64,000 nt of DNA from an uncultured Pseudobdellovibrionaceae bacterium (GCA_964636785.1 CAZWVK010000001.1:4789-68788); one strand, 5' to 3'; shown: positions 54,665 through 63,486, counted from the stretch's first letter. Translations and numbers: made by a program. The notes: generated from the letters alone by a model not told the origin.

Positions 54665-56071
54665 ATGATCCGAAGAGTTACGTTGATATTCGCCCTTATC
54701 CTTCTAAATACCGCTTGCCAGCAGGACAACTCCATAAGTGCAGCTTGCACCGATGCTGAAAACCTCGAGAACGGAGTTTCTGAGAGCTCCACTGATCCTT
54801 CTCATCCTAGCGGTGAACTTGATCTGCCCAATTTGCTGAATCGTAAGACCACAAACTGGATGATCACTTATAAAAGCAAGATTTACGCTTCAAATCCTGA
54901 TTCTTACTTTGTCGAGCAAATGAATCAAAATGGGAGTGTGGTCGATGCAAATACAGTTTCAGTCTCTGTGAATGATATTCAGAATCGTTCAAAGCTTGTT
55001 GAAGACCTTTTAAAAGATCCACGCGTTGCTCGCATTCAGCCGGATTATATGCTTGAAACGATGGACACCATAGATATGAGCGCCATTAAACCGACTCAGT
55101 GGCCTCATCAGAAAATCAAAACAACTCAAGCCTGGAGTTACACTCAAGGTCGACCTGAAGTCGTTGTTGCCGTTATTGATAGTGGTGTCGACTTCTCACA
55201 TCCCGATCTTAGAAATTCAAAATGGGTCAATCCCAGAGAAACTGCAAATGGCCGAGATGATGATGGCAATGGACTTGTCGATGATATTCACGGATGGGAT
55301 TACGTTAAAAAAAGAGGGAACCCATCGCCCACTTCGAAAACACGCTCAGCTTATCATGGAACTCACGTCGCGGGCATCATTGCAGGAGCGGAGAATTATT
55401 CGAAGGGGTATGTGGGAGTTTCGCCGAATGTAAAAATCATGGGCTTGCGATTCCTCGATGACAATAAAACGGGCCTAACCTCCAACGGCATTAAGGCGAT
55501 CAACTACGCCATCGACAAAGGAGTTAAAATCATCAATTTGAGCTGGGGCTCCTACAATAAAAACACACAATTGATGAATGCGATTAAGCGTGCGCAGGAT
55601 CGCGGAGTTCTAATTGTTGCCGCCGCAGGAAATTTTGGGAAGAACAATAATACTTCTCCATTTTATCCGGCATCTTATCCTTATTCAAACATCATAAGTG
55701 TGACGGCCTCTGGAAAAAACGACGCTTTGGTTAAAGGTATTAACTATGGAACTAAAACAGTTCATATGGCTGCACCTGGGCTTTCGATTCTATCAACAGA
55801 TATGAATGGGTCTTATGTCAGTCGAACCGGCAGTTCAATGGCAGCCCCCTTTGTCGCCGGCGCGGCAGCACTTTTGCTTTCTGCTGACCCTAAGTTGAAA
55901 GCGCCAGAGCTTAAAAACTTACTCCTCAATCGAGCCGATAAAATTTCCTCGCTCAAATCCCGAGTCGCTTCCGGTCGTCGCGTAAATGTAGGCGCAAGTA
56001 TGAAGGCTCTGGCTGCTGGAAGTTATTCGAGCAAGCCTGTCGGTGCCACTCCAGAAGAGATCTGTCTTTAA
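54665..56071 (+). CDS. subtilisin-like serine protease (S8) lipoprotein with an I9-like propeptide
   Basis: Lipobox LLNTAC. Asp VAVIDSGVD, His YHGTHVAG, Ser GSSMAAP. Ca-loop-like DDDGNGLVDD. Confidence 0.9.
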   Translation: MIRRVTLIFALILLNTACQQDNSISAACTDAENLENGVSESSTDPSHPSGELDLPNLLNRKTTNWMITYKSKIYASNPDSYFVEQMNQNGSVVDANTVSVSVNDIQNRSKLVEDLLKDPRVARIQPDYMLETMDTIDMSAIKPTQWPHQKIKTTQAWSYTQGRPEVVVAVIDSGVDFSHPDLRNSKWVNPRETANGRDDDGNGLVDDIHGWDYVKKRGNPSPTSKTRSAYHGTHVAGIIAGAENYSKGYVGVSPNVKIMGLRFLDDNKTGLTSNGIKAINYAIDKGVKIINLSWGSYNKNTQLMNAIKRAQDRGVLIVAAAGNFGKNNNTSPFYPASYPYSNIISVTASGKNDALVKGINYGTKTVHMAAPGLSILSTDMNGSYVSRTGSSMAAPFVAGAAALLLSADPKLKAPELKNLLLNRADKISSLKSRVASGRRVNVGASMKALAAGSYSSKPVGATPEEICL

Positions 56072-57240
56072 TCATTGATATTTAAAAGTTGAATGGAAGA
56101 TGGGACGATCTTCCTTGAATTCACAACCAGATGGTCTTTGACCATCTGGTTGGTCCATTGTGGATAGCGCGACCAAATCAATGCTGCGGCACCAGATACA
56201 ATGGCCGCTGAAAAGCTTGTGCCGGAAACTTGAAGAAGTGTGGTTGGAAAGTGGGAATAGGATTTCGCGACGAAAATATTTGTTCCAGGAGCATAGAGAA
56301 GTACACTTGGTCCATAGTTGGAGAAACTGGCTCGCAGTTGGGAGTTGTCAATCGAGCCGATCGACAAGAAGGCGGGGCCGACATAATTGGAACTGTATTC
56401 CGGGTGTTGATTGAGATCCAGTCCATGATTTCCGGCTGCATTGATCAGTAAAACACCTTGAGCATCCCATTTCCCATATTTTTCCTTGAGCAGATAAGAA
56501 CATGGTGAAATCCAACTATTATTAATAATTCGGGCACGGCGGGAAACTGCATAATCGATTCCAGCTATAGCCGTAAATTCATCTCCTCCAGTCCCATCCA
56601 TAAAATCGATTGGAAGAATTTTGCTACTAGGAGCGACGCCGCTTCCACCAGGCGATTGAGAGTTCCCAGCAATCAGGTGAGCGATTTGTGTGCCATGATT
56701 GACCTCATCGACTTGTTCATTGGTGCCATCTAAAAAATTCCATCCTAAGAAATCATCAGTGAAACCATTTTCATCATTATCAATTCCATCGCGGTAGCCG
56801 CCGTTATCGACTTCCTTCATATTGTATGCCCAATTGGCCGCCAAAAATGGCGAAGCGGTATCGACACCGCTATCAACGACGGCAACTATAATATCCTGAC
56901 CTTGATAACCCATATTCCAGTATTTTTCAGCGCCAACCGATGTCCATTGGTTGCGCACATTGTATGTGTTTCCGATGGGTGGATCGACTCGGAGTTCGTC
57001 TTGAGGAAGGACCTTGTAATTGGGTTCATACCAGGCTACAGACTTTTCACTTTTATCTAGGTGAGATAGAATCTCTTCGGACTGTGCTAGAACAAAATCA
57101 CCATTTTCGAAAACGACGATGTACTCGTTCTCAATGGCTTGAGATGAGCAGCGTTGTGTGCGCGGCTCGATAAATTTCTCCTTTCGCTCGGTGCACCCGA
57201 GTGAAAGGAGAAAGACTGCAAAGAAAATCAGTTTGAGCAT
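56068..57240 (-). CDS. subtilisin-like serine protease (S8) lipoprotein
   Basis: Lipobox LLSLGC. Asp VAVVDSGVD, His NHGTQIAH, Ser GTSFSAA. DNDENGFTDD loop. Confidence 0.9.
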   Translation of the reverse strand: MLKLIFFAVFLLSLGCTERKEKFIEPRTQRCSSQAIENEYIVVFENGDFVLAQSEEILSHLDKSEKSVAWYEPNYKVLPQDELRVDPPIGNTYNVRNQWTSVGAEKYWNMGYQGQDIIVAVVDSGVDTASPFLAANWAYNMKEVDNGGYRDGIDNDENGFTDDFLGWNFLDGTNEQVDEVNHGTQIAHLIAGNSQSPGGSGVAPSSKILPIDFMDGTGGDEFTAIAGIDYAVSRRARIINNSWISPCSYLLKEKYGKWDAQGVLLINAAGNHGLDLNQHPEYSSNYVGPAFLSIGSIDNSQLRASFSNYGPSVLLYAPGTNIFVAKSYSHFPTTLLQVSGTSFSAAIVSGAAALIWSRYPQWTNQMVKDHLVVNSRKIVPSSIQLLNIND

Positions 57241-58313
57241 GAACGACTCACCGCCACCTGTCGTATAGATCTTTGTAATTCCAGGATTTCCTGAACATTG
57301 AATTGATCAATCACAGTGGTTGGAGTCGGAGCGGATGGTGGCGCTTCGACAATGGGACCTTCCGGTGGAGCAACAACTGGCGGTGTCGTTGGTGGTGCCG
57401 TCTCCGGACTTTCTTCAACAACCGGATCATCAACAGGTGCGGGATCTTCTATAGGAGCTTCCACAACGGGTGGATCTTCTGTTGGTGGCACATCACTTGG
57501 CGGCTCTTCGATGGGAAGTTCATCAATGGCCACCTCCTCTGAACTTTCTTCCGCGTGAGCAATTCGTGGCGAAAAAAGAAATGCAGCAGGAGGTTCGAGA
57601 ACCGGTGCTGGTGCTGGTGGGGCACTGAATCTTCGTGCTCGCGCGACCAAATTTGGATCCATTACTTCAACCGGTGGCAGAAGTGATTCGGACTCCGCCC
57701 AACGTACGCGTAAGGTTTTCGAATAATCAAATAATCGGGTCGAGCTACATCGTGGAAAAACGGTGTTGGCTGTGAGCGCCATGAGAATACTCGTTGGTGA
57801 TTCAACAGTGATCTTAATTGCTCTTAATTCAGGCTCGTTTTTTTGTGCATCACTTTTAACTTTGATCGGCTCGATAGGGTCAGAGCTGCGGTCACGCACT
57901 AAGCTGAGTGAATCCTTCGTAAAGTGTTCTATGCGGTAGTGGAGCTGTCGTCCATATGCATTTTCAATCGCAACTGAAGAACAATTGGTTTGTTTAGCAT
58001 TACGAATAAAGGGGAGCGCCCTGATTCGTGTATTTGAGATTCCAAAATTATAAATAAAAAATTGATCAGATCTTATTGATGTCGAAAGATCTGTCGTGAT
58101 TTTGCGTCCTGGAAAATTAAAGCTTTCTTGATTAAAGTGTGAAACAAGTTTTTCGAGACTCAAGCAATTATCTATCTGCAAAGCATCTACAGAAACATTT
58201 GGATTTCCGCCATTAGCCGTTGGGTTATCATTTTTTTTACTAGAACATGAGAATAAGATTAAACTGAGCGTGGCGGCGAATAGCACTTTTCTAACTTTTT
58301 GATCGAAGTACAT
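57228..58313 (-). CDS. hypothetical lipoprotein with a Pro-rich acidic C-terminal region
   Basis: Lipobox LILFSCSS. About 90 aa of P/E/V/A repeats (EEPPSDVPPTEDPPVVEAPIEDPAPVDDPVVEE...). Its stop overlaps the protease start by 13 nt. Confidence 0.65.
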   Translation of the reverse strand: MYFDQKVRKVLFAATLSLILFSCSSKKNDNPTANGGNPNVSVDALQIDNCLSLEKLVSHFNQESFNFPGRKITTDLSTSIRSDQFFIYNFGISNTRIRALPFIRNAKQTNCSSVAIENAYGRQLHYRIEHFTKDSLSLVRDRSSDPIEPIKVKSDAQKNEPELRAIKITVESPTSILMALTANTVFPRCSSTRLFDYSKTLRVRWAESESLLPPVEVMDPNLVARARRFSAPPAPAPVLEPPAAFLFSPRIAHAEESSEEVAIDELPIEEPPSDVPPTEDPPVVEAPIEDPAPVDDPVVEESPETAPPTTPPVVAPPEGPIVEAPPSAPTPTTVIDQFNVQEILELQRSIRQVAVSRSCSN

Positions 58314-58335
58314 CGCTAAAATTCCTTTTTTGGGT

Positions 58336-58366
58336 AAAAAAAATGAGGAGGGCGAACCCTCCTCAT
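58336..58366 (-). terminator. Rho-independent terminator after the acidic-repeat gene
   Basis: Minus strand: tgaggaggg-ttcg-ccctcctca followed by T8. Confidence 0.8.
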
Positions 58367-58380
58367 TGTATTAAGGTTGA

Positions 58381-59355
58381 TTAAAGACTGTTTACAGCTT
58401 CATTAAGACCGTTGTTTTGGTCTTGTCCATTGTCTTTATCTTGTCCTTGCTCTTGATCCTTATCCTGACCTTGTTCTTGGTCTTTATCCTGAGCTACTTC
58501 TTCTTTATCTTGACCTTGCTCTTGATCTTGCTCTTTGTCCTGACCTTGTTCTTGGTCTTTATCTTGAGCTACTTCCTCTTTATCTTGTCCTTGCTCTTGA
58601 TCTTGCTCTTTATCTTGGCCTTTCTCTTGCTTTTGTTCATTTTCTTCACGAACTTCTTCTACATAAAGAGTGGCAGAGATAGTTTCACATTCTTGAACTT
58701 CCTCTTTGTCTTGAGCTTGCTCCTGTTCTTGCTCTTGTTCTTGTTCTTGTTCTTGCTCTTTATCTTGTCCTTGTTCTTGCTCTTGGCCTTTATCTTGACC
58801 TTGCTCTTTATCCTGTCCCTGTTCCTTATCTTGTCCTTGCTCTTTGTCTTGACCTTGTTCGACGTCGTCAACTTCTTCTTCTACGACACGGCAAGCGCTC
58901 ATTTCAAACTCAAACACACCTCGCGATGCTTCTTGTTCAGAACCATTCATCGCAGTGTATCGGATTCGATCTGCAGCAAATTCACCGGATGCACTCTCAA
59001 CAACGGTCAACTCGCCATTGTTTCCGGTGCTTAAGATAAGAACAAGTTCATCTCCCGCATAGAAATCCCAAGAGTTGCCAGTGGTTTCTCGCACTTCAGT
59101 GATGGACTCCAAAGTGGTGATGTGTGATGCAAGCTCGGGATAGTTTGCAAGCACATCATCTTGGCCCATTACTGTCATGTCGGTTACTGTTGCAGTCATT
59201 GTGGTGTCTCCTGATGGAGAGAGGGAAGAAGTATTTGCAGCTTCTTCGCTTTGGTCTGCGCTGGGTGTTACGAGCCCCGCTTGATTTCCGTTCCCACCGC
59301 ACGCAACGAGTGCCATAGCTGCGAACGCTACGGATAATGATTTTAATCTAAACAT
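58381..59355 (-). CDS. hyper-acidic repeat lipoprotein (EQGQDK hexapeptide arrays)
   Basis: Lipobox ALVACGG. Globular N-terminal part of about 150 aa. Two arrays of E/Q/D/K/G hexapeptides. AGGAGG RBS. Confidence 0.75.
   Translation of the reverse strand: MFRLKSLSVAFAAMALVACGGNGNQAGLVTPSADQSEEAANTSSLSPSGDTTMTATVTDMTVMGQDDVLANYPELASHITTLESITEVRETTGNSWDFYAGDELVLILSTGNNGELTVVESASGEFAADRIRYTAMNGSEQEASRGVFEFEMSACRVVEEEVDDVEQGQDKEQGQDKEQGQDKEQGQDKGQEQEQGQDKEQEQEQEQEQEQEQAQDKEEVQECETISATLYVEEVREENEQKQEKGQDKEQDQEQGQDKEEVAQDKDQEQGQDKEQDQEQGQDKEEVAQDKDQEQGQDKDQEQGQDKDNGQDQNNGLNEAVNSL
58405..58865 (-). repeat. 18-nt (hexapeptide) tandem repeats plus a 75-nt higher-order duplication
   Basis: The ctgaccttgttcttggtc... 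units at 58465 and 58540 (75-nt offset) are near-identical. Many gaacaaggncaagataaa-type units lie on the coding strand. Confidence 0.85.
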
Positions 59356-59412
59356 GGTTGTTTCCTCCTAATTAGACTTTTGTTTTTTGTCTCTCGACGA
59401 AAGGGGTGCAGA

Positions 59413-59427
59413 GCAAGGTTGGTGCCA
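59413..59427 (-). promoter_or_regulatory. sigma-54 promoter (perfect core consensus) driving the acidic-repeat lipoprotein gene
   Basis: The minus strand reads TGGCAC-caacc-TTGC, then T. Lies 58 nt upstream of ATG 59355. Confidence 0.7.
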
Positions 59428-59552
59428 CCTGTTCTGTGCGTAGAATGAAAATGAGAAGCAGTGTTTGAGGAAGATTGCCTCACTTCATGTGGCAACTTGG
59501 TACACGTTGTTTAATACTTTCAGTTAAGCCATCGTTTAGTTCGAGTTTGGAA

Positions 59553-59568
59553 TGGCATGTTCTTCGCT
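59553..59568 (+). promoter_or_regulatory. candidate sigma-54 promoter driving the 59621 gene and the activator operon
   Basis: TGGCAT-gttct-TCGCT. Spacing is correct, with two mismatches (C to T at the last -24 position, T to C before the -12 GC). Confidence 0.5.
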
Positions 59569-59620
59569 TCGCTGAATCGTTTGGAGTCAAAGATACCGAA
59601 TGATTGAAAAGGAGAGCGAA

Positions 59621-60970
59621 GTGAAACGTGTAGATATGTTCACAAATCAAAAAATCATTTTCCGAGCGATTATAGTTGTACTATTTAGTTTGCCAATTCA
59701 TTCACTCGGAAGACCATATCCTATGGCTGCTCCCGAGCAGAGCAATGGATTTCACGAAGACTTTAAAGTAATACTTGAAGGACATACGCCAGTTACGCAT
59801 ATACGTGCATTAGATGAAAACTTTAATTCTGCGCGTGTAGCCGACGATCGTCTTCCATGGTCAGATTCTTATTGGCCCACTTATCGTGGTTTGATTGCAA
59901 CTCGATATATGGATTCGCGACTTCCAAATACGAAATCCTGGCCAACACATCATAACTTTTTTCTGTCAAATCCACCGGAGTCTTATCTTTCCTCTGGAAG
60001 AATCAACCAGCTCTCGCCAGCAGAGAAGTATGATATTTTAGTTGGAGATTCCAACTGGACATTGACACGTTATATGTGGAAGAAAGGTCAGCACTCTTAC
60101 AATCAATTTGGATTTGTTCCCGCTTGGACAGGAATTTGTCACGGATGGGCGGCGGCCTCTCAAGTTGGAATTCCTGTGGCTGAGAATGCTGTGACTGTGA
60201 CAGATGTTTCTGGCTCGCGCTCGATCACATTCACACATTTTGATATGTCAGCTCTTTCATCTTATCTTTGGTCATTTCCCGCTGGTGACGATATTTTTGT
60301 CGGGCGTCGCTGTCGCAATCCGAATCCACCGCGCCAAGATGGTCGCATCACTCAAGGAGCTTGCTTTGACAACAACCCAATGACATGGCATCTCGCGACC
60401 GTTAATCGAGTGGGAGCAATGGGTGAGTCCTTCACTATTGATGTGAGTCCTGGAACTGAAGTTTGGAATTATGTTATCGATAGCTATCAACTGAGCTATT
60501 TTAATCCAGCCAGTATGGAGTTCTCCGGTGTTTTGGAAGATGCCATTGTGGCTCTCGAAGATTTTCCTCAGGATCCATTTAAAAACTTTCGTGGACCGCA
60601 AGCAAAATACATTGTCGGGGTTATGATGGATATTTTTTATCCAGGTGCAGTCGCGCCACATGGCGGGGTTCCCAGCCGTAAAAATTATGAGCACAATCGC
60701 TTTGTTTATGATTTAGAACTCGATGAGAACTTTGAAGTGGTTGGCGGAGAGTGGCATTCTTCTGAATCTCCTGATTTCATCTGGATTTATCCGAGAAGCT
60801 ATAATCCATTTTTAGATGAAACACGTCGAGCGCAGATTGATCCTGATCCATCGGCTCCACCTGTAAATCAAGAGATGGCTGAGCGCGCTAGAAATCTTTC
60901 CAAGAAGGGGCGTGTATCCGCGGACATTATTTATAGAATTCTACACAGAAGCTTAAGTAACTCTCCATGA
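59621..60970 (+). CDS. secreted hypothetical protein with a conserved-looking Cys-His motif (possible transglutaminase/papain-fold enzyme)
   Basis: Signal peptide (IIFRAIIVVLFSLPIHSLG). Motif PAWTGICHGWAAAS. GTG 59621 with GGAGAG upstream is preferred to ATG 59600. Confidence 0.6.
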   Translation: MKRVDMFTNQKIIFRAIIVVLFSLPIHSLGRPYPMAAPEQSNGFHEDFKVILEGHTPVTHIRALDENFNSARVADDRLPWSDSYWPTYRGLIATRYMDSRLPNTKSWPTHHNFFLSNPPESYLSSGRINQLSPAEKYDILVGDSNWTLTRYMWKKGQHSYNQFGFVPAWTGICHGWAAASQVGIPVAENAVTVTDVSGSRSITFTHFDMSALSSYLWSFPAGDDIFVGRRCRNPNPPRQDGRITQGACFDNNPMTWHLATVNRVGAMGESFTIDVSPGTEVWNYVIDSYQLSYFNPASMEFSGVLEDAIVALEDFPQDPFKNFRGPQAKYIVGVMMDIFYPGAVAPHGGVPSRKNYEHNRFVYDLELDENFEVVGGEWHSSESPDFIWIYPRSYNPFLDETRRAQIDPDPSAPPVNQEMAERARNLSKKGRVSADIIYRILHRSLSNSP

Positions 60971-60980
60971 ATAAAGGAGG

Positions 60981-62090
60981 ATGCACCTCTACATTCCTAA
61001 GACACCAAATTTATTAACGATCGATCATCATCGATCATCGAAATTGGCTATGGGGAGAGAAGCTATGAATTTAGGCACTTCTGATTTGAGTGATTTTGCT
61101 TCAGGTCGGCATCTTTTGTACAAACGCAGCGAGAGTGATTTGAGTGAAATCCTTAAAAGCAGTTTTGTCGCTCGATCAGCCGCGAGTCAGAATATTTTAA
61201 AACAGGTTAAATCACTTTCCGATTGTTCAGCGTCGGTACTCATCACGGGAGAATCGGGCACAGGAAAGGAAATGATCGCACATCTTTGTCATAAACTGAG
61301 CAATCGATCTTCCGGACCATTTATTGCCGTCAACTGCGCAGCACTGCCGGATGGTCTTTTAGAGTCTGAGCTATTTGGACATAAAAGAGGCTCATTTACC
61401 GGAGCGGTAAATGAGAGCGAAGGCTTGATTCGAAAGGCGCATAAGGGAACTTTGTTTTTGGATGAAATTGGCGATATGTCACTGACAACTCAAGCTAAGC
61501 TATTAAGGGTGACCCAGGAAAAGTCGGTCCGTCCGGTCGGTGGCGATGCGGAAGTTCCGGTGGACGTTCGAATTATATGCGCAACTCATAGAAATCTTTT
61601 GGAAGCGAGTCAGGATGGAAGTTTTCGATCGGATCTTTATTTTAGGCTTTCGGTCATACCAATTTTTATTCCACCACTTCGCAATCGAAAAGATGATATT
61701 ATTCCTCTCGCTATGCACTTCATCAATCGAATCAGTGCAACCAATCGCACTCCACCAAAAACCCTTTCACCTATGGCTAAAGAGCGACTTTTAAAACATG
61801 ATTGGCCAGGCAATGTGCGTGAACTGAACAATGTTGTTGAAAGAGCGATGGTTTACTCTCAGGATCTCGTCATCGATGAAGGAAATATTCTTTTTGATTA
61901 TCAGTATTCAGGGAATGCTGATAGTCATCGAGACGACTTAGAAATTCCTGAGATCAATTTAAAATCTCTTGAGATCCTGGCTATCAAAGAAGCTTTGAGA
62001 AAAGCGAATGGAATTAAGAGTGTGGCTGCAAGGCATCTGGGTATTGATCGCAAAACACTGATGCGTAAGGAAAAGCAATACGAGATTTAA
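60981..62090 (+). CDS. sigma-54 enhancer-binding protein lacking a sensory/receiver domain (PspF/HrpS-like architecture)
   Basis: AAA+ domain: GESGTGKE, ESELFGHKRGSFTGA (GAFTGA variant), LFLDEIG. C-terminal Fis HTH (AARHLGIDRKTLMRK). At most ~70 aa precede the AAA+ domain. Start ambiguous (60981, 61050 or 61065). Confidence 0.85.
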   Translation: MHLYIPKTPNLLTIDHHRSSKLAMGREAMNLGTSDLSDFASGRHLLYKRSESDLSEILKSSFVARSAASQNILKQVKSLSDCSASVLITGESGTGKEMIAHLCHKLSNRSSGPFIAVNCAALPDGLLESELFGHKRGSFTGAVNESEGLIRKAHKGTLFLDEIGDMSLTTQAKLLRVTQEKSVRPVGGDAEVPVDVRIICATHRNLLEASQDGSFRSDLYFRLSVIPIFIPPLRNRKDDIIPLAMHFINRISATNRTPPKTLSPMAKERLLKHDWPGNVRELNNVVERAMVYSQDLVIDEGNILFDYQYSGNADSHRDDLEIPEINLKSLEILAIKEALRKANGIKSVAARHLGIDRKTLMRKEKQYEI

Positions 62091-62923
62091 AGGATATCTG
62101 TGTAGGGAATATCTAAGCGACTGGCGACGACTCTTATAATTTCTGATGCCGTCTCTTCCAATGCGCGGTCGGTCACATTAAAAACCGGCCAGCGCCGATT
62201 CTTTTTGAAGACTTCGCGTGCATATTCCAATTCTTTCTCAATATGGTCAAGGGTCGCATACTCGCTGCCTGGGTCTTGACCGAATTTCTCCAGCCGTTTT
62301 TTACGTATGCGCTTCAGAGAATCCGGATCAATCGTTAAACCTACAACTCTGCGCTGATCCACTTTATAAAGCTCTTCTGGAATGGGTGCATTTAAAACAA
62401 GAGGCACATTTGCAACTTTCCAACCTTTGTGGCTCAAAAAAATCGAAAGTGGTGTTTTACTTGTGCGTGAAACTCCAACCAGCACAATATCAGCTTGGCC
62501 CAAATCCGCCGTGATTTTTCCATCATCATGGCGAACCGTGTATTCAATGGCTTCAATGCGTTTGAAATAGCGATCATCCACTGCGCGTAGAAGTCCAACT
62601 TCATGTTCCGAATTCTCTACACCAAAAAACTGATCCATGGCATTTAATAGAGGACCCATTAAGTCAACAATCGGGATGCCTTTTTCGGATGCCGATTCAA
62701 AGACGACTTTTCGCATATGGGAGCTTACCATTGTGTAAACAATCATTCCTTTTTTTTGAAAAACATCTTCCATCAAAGATCGGACCTGATCTTCCGTGCG
62801 AATATTTTTACTGCGAACAATTTGAATGTCCTTTTCGCCGTATTGAACAAGTGCCGCCCGCACGATCGTGCTGGCTGTCTCGCCGGTTCCATCTGAAAGA
62901 ATAAAAACAAAGTAAGGAGACAT
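62087..62923 (-). CDS. ppsR: PEP synthase / pyruvate-phosphate dikinase regulatory kinase-pyrophosphorylase (DUF299)
   Basis: FILSDGTGETA N-terminus and P-loop-like VGVSRTSKTP. 278 aa. Confidence 0.85.
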   Translation of the reverse strand: MSPYFVFILSDGTGETASTIVRAALVQYGEKDIQIVRSKNIRTEDQVRSLMEDVFQKKGMIVYTMVSSHMRKVVFESASEKGIPIVDLMGPLLNAMDQFFGVENSEHEVGLLRAVDDRYFKRIEAIEYTVRHDDGKITADLGQADIVLVGVSRTSKTPLSIFLSHKGWKVANVPLVLNAPIPEELYKVDQRRVVGLTIDPDSLKRIRKKRLEKFGQDPGSEYATLDHIEKELEYAREVFKKNRRWPVFNVTDRALEETASEIIRVVASRLDIPYTDIL

Positions 62924-63483
62924 TAAAAATTAAATGCCTTATTGACAACTTTTCGAGTTTCTTCGAGATGACTTTGAATCCATGGTTTGGGAAGATTTGT
63001 TGCCAGAAAGTAAGCTGTATTTGACGTCGGTCTTAGGACGAACACTTCAGCATCGTCGGGGCACTCAATAAAATCCAAATCCAGTCCTTTCAAAAACAGC
63101 GTCGCTTTGCCACGTTTAACTTCTAGAGGAGAAATAGTTGGAACAAATTTCTGAACTTCCAATTGATCCTCAAGCGAAAGGCGAAACAAACTGCCTTTCC
63201 AGAAAAGATCTGTGACCCACCAGTCTGGGTCTTCACTTGAAACGGATTTTTGCGCTAAAAATCCGAATTCATAAAAAGGAATCAACCGTTCGAGAACTTT
63301 GAGGGGTGCTTCACGGTTCTCAGGTTCTGACACTATGGTTTTAGCGAGTTGATCTAGGTCTGTGCGTGCTTGAAACTCTTTCGCTGTACGACTCACTTGA
63401 TGAGATCCGTTCTCATCCACAAAGTCTTCAATATGGCTCATCAAAAACTTTACTTTTTCAAGACTCCATTTTTTTAAGCTCAT
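62923..63483 (-). CDS. hypothetical protein (186 aa), TAATG-coupled to ppsR
   Basis: ORF only, no recognisable motif. Confidence 0.5.
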   Translation of the reverse strand: MSLKKWSLEKVKFLMSHIEDFVDENGSHQVSRTAKEFQARTDLDQLAKTIVSEPENREAPLKVLERLIPFYEFGFLAQKSVSSEDPDWWVTDLFWKGSLFRLSLEDQLEVQKFVPTISPLEVKRGKATLFLKGLDLDFIECPDDAEVFVLRPTSNTAYFLATNLPKPWIQSHLEETRKVVNKAFNF

Positions 63484-63486
63484 CCT

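Noticed and set aside
56681-56695. Minus-strand TGGCAC-acaaa-TCGC with correct spacing
   Set aside because: It lies inside the S8 protease coding sequence in the same orientation and would drive only the 3' third of the gene. It is probably a chance match, though an internal promoter cannot be excluded without TSS data.
57303-59034. Plus-strand ORFs (Gly/Ser-rich 79-80 aa; Leu/Phe-rich 205 aa) opposite the Pro-rich and acidic-repeat genes
   Set aside because: They are mirror images of the sense-strand repeats. The sense genes have lipoboxes, RBSs, a promoter and a terminator.
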